32,000 bases of DNA. Origin: Candidatus Velamenicoccus archaeovorus (GTDB lineage Bacteria > Omnitrophota > Gorgyraeia > Velamenicoccales > Velamenicoccaceae). This document shows, one piece after another, positions 31,301 to 32,000 of the stretch. The stretch lies in the NCBI RefSeq assembly GCF_004102945.1, contig NZ_CP019384.1, forward strand, positions 1,740,001-1,772,000. The letters are read 5' to 3'. The position numbers and the translations under genes were made by a program. Every line of letters starts with the position of its first letter. Position 1 is the stretch's first letter. The notes below the pieces were generated by a model. The model worked only from the letters and a program-made list of their open reading frames with translations, searched no databases and was not told the DNA's origin.

Positions 31301-32000
31301 CAGTTGTTCCCAGGCTTTGGTCGTCAGGTTATACCTGCTGAATCCATTCTGGTAATATCCCTGCATGCAATAAATATAGGTATCTCCCGGTTTATAAGCC
31401 AAGCCCCCTCCTACATAAATACCTGACGTATTGCCGGCGAAGGTGGCATCAGAAAGCCTTTCCCATTGATAAGCCACAGCTGTATTAGACGAAGAAAATG
31501 GAGTAAAGGTCAAATAATACTTATAGAAATATTTATAGCCGTTGCCTGGGATGTAGTAAATGGCATTTTCCGAAGCCACATAAACCGCATCTGCGCCCCA
31601 ATAACCGCTGGAACGGGGATATGACTCTTCGCGCCATTTTTTGGTCGCTGGATAATAGCGATAAGTCGAGCTATAGCTGTGATTGCTTAAAAGCCTGAGC
31701 TCTGTGCCGCCCCCATCAGGGTCATAAAGATACATCCGGCTGTAGATGGTAAAAGGCAAAGCAGGCATTTCGATGTCTTTGGAAAGCGTGGAGGTATAAT
31801 AAGAGCTTTCCCAAGTGTCCGAAGAAATATAATACCTTGCAAAATACCTGCTGCCGCCGTTCCAGGCGTAGAGATAATCCCCTGTCCCGGGCCACACCAC
31901 ATCCGAATACCATGACAAGGCAAACGGGCAATTCTGCAAGCTGACCCACGCGTTGGAAGAAGCATTCACGTCGAATTTGGCAAACGAGGTCGAACCGCCG
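19355..32000 (-). CDS. giant multidomain secreted/surface protein (more than 4,214 aa, N-terminus outside the window)
   Basis: This is a single uninterrupted frame. The track start at 31969 is only the first in-window GTG. The frame stays open to base 32000 (..GGSTSFAKFD|VNASSNAW..), and those residues continue the blade repeat. See the findings for the domain map. Confidence 0.9.
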   Translation of the reverse strand, partial: GGSTSFAKFDVNASSNAWVSLQNCPFALSWYSDVVWPGTGDYLYAWNGGSRYFARYYISSDTWESSYYTSTLSKDIEMPALPFTIYSRMYLYDPDGGGTELRLLSNHSYSSTYRYYPATKKWREESYPRSSGYWGADAVYVASENAIYYIPGNGYKYFYKYYLTFTPFSSSNTAVAYQWERLSDATFAGNTSGIYVGGGLAYKPGDTYIYCMQGYYQNGFSRYNLTTKAWEQLAPLPQKAYWGGTLVVAGNFVYATGGYNQDTGAYTNNLYRYKPQNDTWQSISLCPFGNFYYGACSVYPGSGDYIYFLRSNSRTVFMTYQISTDTWTQKANLPDMYPGYGGKFVYSSSENAIYYLNGHDGSLYYTGFAKYDIATNTWQSLHAPIFQYTQIAACASDTNLYHIGTQYASGVETYVFSTGQWKNEIVNAPYATSRLNFGSVVKKGDYVYLFMNYRTNYAWKYSLTQNKWVNLIKLPFVTSGTGHRAVYPGTGDYIYVSEGNMSRNFWKYNTATGTWTQLASSPYMFFWSARMVADASGIYVCPGYYNSSIFLKFNDDAYGGSWTTLPNMLESAYSEGNGMCIISSGSYKGIYVLKQSGTTKFTKFNLDDETWGYLADAPWAISDYGSLVYPGSGDFIYCLKGSGRDFAKYSLSTNTWTILTDASISVGGTSGGFYPGTGDLLYFYLGVNHGNLGVNFNRYSISTNRWDEPIQFPASNSYGSQICAMPSGEEIFYMRGGSNEFYKYNITNSVWYTLNPPPSSVTTDARAVYPGSGDYIYVTRGTGYYDIWAYSVSTDLWTNLAVPPATFSTGQTLAYRDGYLYAMRGGSTITFWRYSIAGNNWKEYATTPTVVSRGSNLINPGTDKYLYATAGGGSVAFWRYNADTTDTTTTDGDSAYNTWESLAPLPLPSMGGVLFSPGFGDYIYYFVSYNYDLSYGTNYFYRYCISTNTWDTRPDLPFVLNGQAAAMYPGTGDYIYLSSGYGTSSLMKYLLFSSGIYISDIKEIGNNASLANVSWVNNGLGQIDIKVRTGKKFDLSDALAWSYVDKTVKNADLSAYAGVNDGDQYLQYYIRFFCYDLTQVPLMDKVTIGWTKYPLSQELVSSPYNTTYATNRLRNISWTATLPAGTDVRFQVHTAPDDNGEPGTWGPWYGPAGIQQIPYEFTNKEEYANTSEVVVSNGTAKLSKVLQDYLYRQKVIIDNTSGATAYTDCTIRVEVPSANIDFWNHISSDGSDIRFVDSDGKTPLKYRVVGFSKNKKTATCWVTVPTIPLGAAKTIYILYGKSTATTESDPTLAESLIGTDFYAFMFAFFDIVTTDAPNRVTIEKLDSSGQVIASSYRDFTAVGEKQRYDDTDLTVYHVTSQKPITIFTSAIEPASYYDDDFYTVCGNDLWLWMPSNNYDGDVIITAYNDDTQVTITDYGLGDDTQSIALDKGNFWFGWNRVDSRGEVWHIEATKPITVMAGLINHGEASEQIRSPDMQEYYFYCPDSIITLTAYEDGTNIIIDNLDSTTGDYSGTLNKGQSYKHLPNGGTGALSMRTYVSADKPICVVADDSGGGKGQIYQSADTLVGVGKEYYINTAATRYLRLVALEDGGTSVTITGDISPSPSYVSLGSKGSSTAVDPGATWRNLQVVGDKRFALYTYNSYSEAITPVFKIAEFNYRMSTYMLAEETAATSGNPQLSAWQYKETLNIDNTANDAALADFQVSVDIDKSHKDFWSHVKSDGSDVRFVDSDDTTLLPYYLDTFSTTEQKARFWIKLPTLSNTAKQTVYMYYGNPAAVSQSNGDNVFEFFDSFDGGLDKWDTQYCNLVTVSSIFGMDSSTLTIATGTTTPSTDVVIPSGIISGRTYDWNWELRWANGALVQAQDVVQPFTLYYGLVSMTAGPFMVKSVVPGQVISTLGGTFTNNETYDQQGLKLRFKFTDVDSGAVFDQVDSTTFDLPHGATTTINNASITMPAGLIQGHLYYWSWQILNSNNNVILSSDSAPAALFNIQVGFEMTTDPTLPEAPLVGGTTRSVSATFSNNSGISLNNLIWRFILTDTSQGGRTAVKVAHNGYLQAKTNMAPNYNITSQVIWQTANKTGQHFVGICDPNAKYATSQGTSSYLAGYNVLMWNNGYFYDESGDGYTSWESIRMAYTATMWNTEKMTWTPHNPGGTPPTSGKVVFELSSGDKLTYNAGFVAGPNLSIKPTVRSAKDAIFIDKFMVYKSATVAPYVGFVYSETANPTGMEVYYKTNPTIQPILGVFYDNNLVDFTDVITTPTNTSIKYQVSSDGYNWYWHDGTKWTLVSAGLNQANTSVEIRAHLVDYVTAFPKGEFWYRVYLSSSDGVYTPELDKVTITTTTDPTYYVAPAGSLINVLNRDAEDDQWFQYRVLLSSVGQDTPILTKAGVEYIKSFITVTAPNGGETINSGSTATITWNAQAIDGNTGKVKIQYSTDNGATYPNTIVSNLNNTGTYSWLVPDNPSQTAKIKIVSEDFPLVYDESDASFRILSLEVSSPNGGEIWEVGKPHGITWFASGTLAHDLTIKYSINGGTTWSLVSNNRPPSPAIYTWTVANTPSDTVSLRIYDPLNENITDTSNQLFAIVPAPKITVNSPVQGDVWKEGLTKTLSWTANQNWFCPTVDIEYSNDDFISDVHAIAAGVSIGTPVGSNPNDDINGSYNWTVPSAFSDSMKIRVKESALPADRNGQPRDTQLIIQGLSGVFTIAAPTVTFTAPVSSDVLVAGENFRVIWITDGTISNDLLLEYSKDGSTWTTIATGVSNENKYYDWMVPQDAVGDSVLIKITDNSNPQVTATSPAVQILGYPAIKVLAPNGTENLVIGETFNIKWKSWGAKLQSGGSDYQAIRLLYSDDNGVTWTEINSQQVNDGDYPWEIPDAESSQCLVKVEDASDTQISDVSDAVFTITIPSVTVITPNGGESWFATGNYNVTWTSRGYVNPDSLLLEYSTDGATWNTIKSGQANTGTYTWKVADVLSSTVRVRITDAQRTTVTDTSNNPFTIKAPTITVVSPNNGTEEWVAGLVKEIKWTSEGYDVGAVRDNINIRYSADGGTSWLDTNLPSGSANSGSYMWLVPSTISNTCLVKIYDASRPATVDTSDQNFKIVLPYVRVLTPNGGESWPIGTKDKVITFRSVGDISNNLKIEYSKDNFTSDFHTIATGVSKGELQEDGSFLGSYGWGATGDGIPDDYSSSVKVRVTDSNWLAIHDESDNFFTIAYPILKVTRPNGGDLFTVGDAENITWTNTGSVGNSLKIEYSKDNFVTDGILIADNVPNSGEGGTYSWTVVNDISATARVRITDNSRPLMVNDKSDATFSILPTPVITIDKPNGSEIWRVGTNQNITWHDNGGVISNNLTLEYSNDVGATWKTIAAGVANTGGYVWKVPDDVLGGGDGTKTYLVRITDISRPTTTDVSDDVFTIAPPKITITSPNGGEIWAISDKAPVTWTSEGAVSDSLSLEVSCSGGAEGTFVSLATVTNSGAYLWEIKDDKVTVTSNAIFRIRDITRPATYDISDKSFTIDPLPTITIMTPTGTGEVYVLGDTTDVTWTWTGLSISNNLIIDISLDNFATHQIIASGVPNSGKFVWNIPDSTLTGTTLRLRITDGNRTLITDTTDGTFRIRGGFTVITPNGGENWVAKSPQAITWSTRGYIPKVNLDYTTDGGLNWTTIVAGLTNSNSYTWTLPDIKSSTVKVRVSNQDDTTVNDMSEEAFNIIYASVKFNVLDFDTFQHLSELSAEEPATAWSTGYELTSPVTRTAQYPYGTYTTFFKKDGFIDNSVSWTAPKTGTDPYVVTLYMESTASAQVSWEAIATYSYAPADDSLSAVGSLQRKGKLVGTRAEERAQMGAATFTIYESDGATLRKELITTVNDSGMYVFPIYANTDFQSGKVYPATLTILYNDVAYTSTANIDVGSEKLQYEFFTQTATQLADSVEKIEQAVGTGLAKTEGVLKDKISSSEEAIKAHTTSTVAATEKKLDTSIDEAKTLTETAMKSEILNRENTVRSGQDLMIRYRTYSGLSPVIDVYDANNVQRVSKGAMMEIGATGIYEYDLTFVLGWGTGDFTIVCSESSYGTLDALTLTVRMDDLESVASDLSAVLGSVSPIKDMQSKVEAFSAAFHVVEQNIQKASEVLAGVKGGSEAILSASKQMETVHRVLQDMSDKIHKMSTSTDMQNIERLYEVSEKGAQNIDYLRNKTQELKALMLLNQKMVENVAKEEPVVQTWYEYS
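20894..24826 (-). repeat. about 13 tandem Ig-like beta-sandwich repeats (~100 aa each) within the giant ORF
   Basis: The recurrent pattern is [IV]T.(P)NGGE.W..G....ITW...G......I.YS.D.G.TW..IA..V.N.G.Y.W.VP...S....VRI.D......D.SD..F.I. It resembles the Kre9/KNH-like N-terminal Ig-like domain class (by eye). Confidence 0.75.
26650..26950 (-). other. DUF2341-like module 2 of the giant ORF, followed by FEFFDSFDG and a LamG/ConA-like region
   Basis: The sequence is ...IDNTANDAALADFQVSVDIDKSHKDFWSHVKSDGSDVRFVDSDDTTLLPYYLDTFSTTEQKARFWIKLPTLSNTAKQTVYMYYGNP... Confidence 0.55.
28140..28445 (-). other. DUF2341-like module 1 of the giant ORF
   Basis: The sequence is ...IIDNTSGATAYTDCTIRVEVPSANIDFWNHISSDGSDIRFVDSDGKTPLKYRVVGFSKNKKTATCWVTVPTIPLGAAKTIYILYGKS... 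Confidence 0.55.
29039..32000 (-). repeat. about 20 Kelch-like beta-propeller blades (~48 aa each) at the N-terminal end of the giant ORF
   Basis: The recurring signature is YPG(S/T)GDYIY...G(G/S)......F.(K/R)Y.....(T/N)W..L...P. Examples are VYPGSGDYIYFL, VYPGTGDYIYVSEG, VYPGSGDFIYCLKGSG, FYPGTGDLLYFYLG, VYPGSGDYIYVTRGTG and MYPGTGDYIYLSSGYG. Confidence 0.7.

Overview
This is a 32-kb bacterial chromosomal window of moderately high GC. Every credible gene lies on the minus strand, and most long plus-strand ORFs in the track are antisense shadows.

Core content, right to left in transcription order:
- A pyrimidine cluster, pyrR-pyrB-pyrC followed by a Mut7-C RNase-domain gene, and further downstream carA-carB.
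- An endonuclease-Q-like PHP protein, one tRNA-Arg(CCG), an exported hypothetical protein, a GT-C-type membrane glycosyltransferase, rsmI and glmS.
- Rubrerythrin plus a ferritin-like protein, which suggests an anaerobic lifestyle.
- A glycine-zipper lipoprotein.

The most striking feature is a single giant ORF (19355..32000, more than 4,214 codons) that is still open at the window edge. It encodes about 20 Kelch-like blades, two DUF2341-like modules with a LamG-like region, about 13 tandem Ig-like repeats of roughly 100 aa, and a coiled-coil-rich tail. It appears to be co-transcribed with a 272-aa membrane-anchored protein and to end at a canonical intrinsic terminator.

The window also holds several small non-coding oddities that no gene explains:
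- A roughly 300-bp foldback element in two copies. One copy splits a TIGR00725-family gene, and exact removal restores the frame. The terminal arms show compensatory changes between copies.
- A 37-bp REP-like perfect palindrome in three copies, two of which overlap stop codons.
- An AT-rich GxxExxY (PD-(D/E)XK) gene flanked by inverted paired repeats.
- A tRNA-Arg locus littered with tRNA 3' fragments and GC-rich palindromes.
- Nested 45-nt hairpin repeats.
- Intergenic 7- and 8-nt periodic arrays.

No CRISPR array, integrase, transposase or recognisable defence operon was seen. All family assignments were made by eye from motifs; no database search was run.
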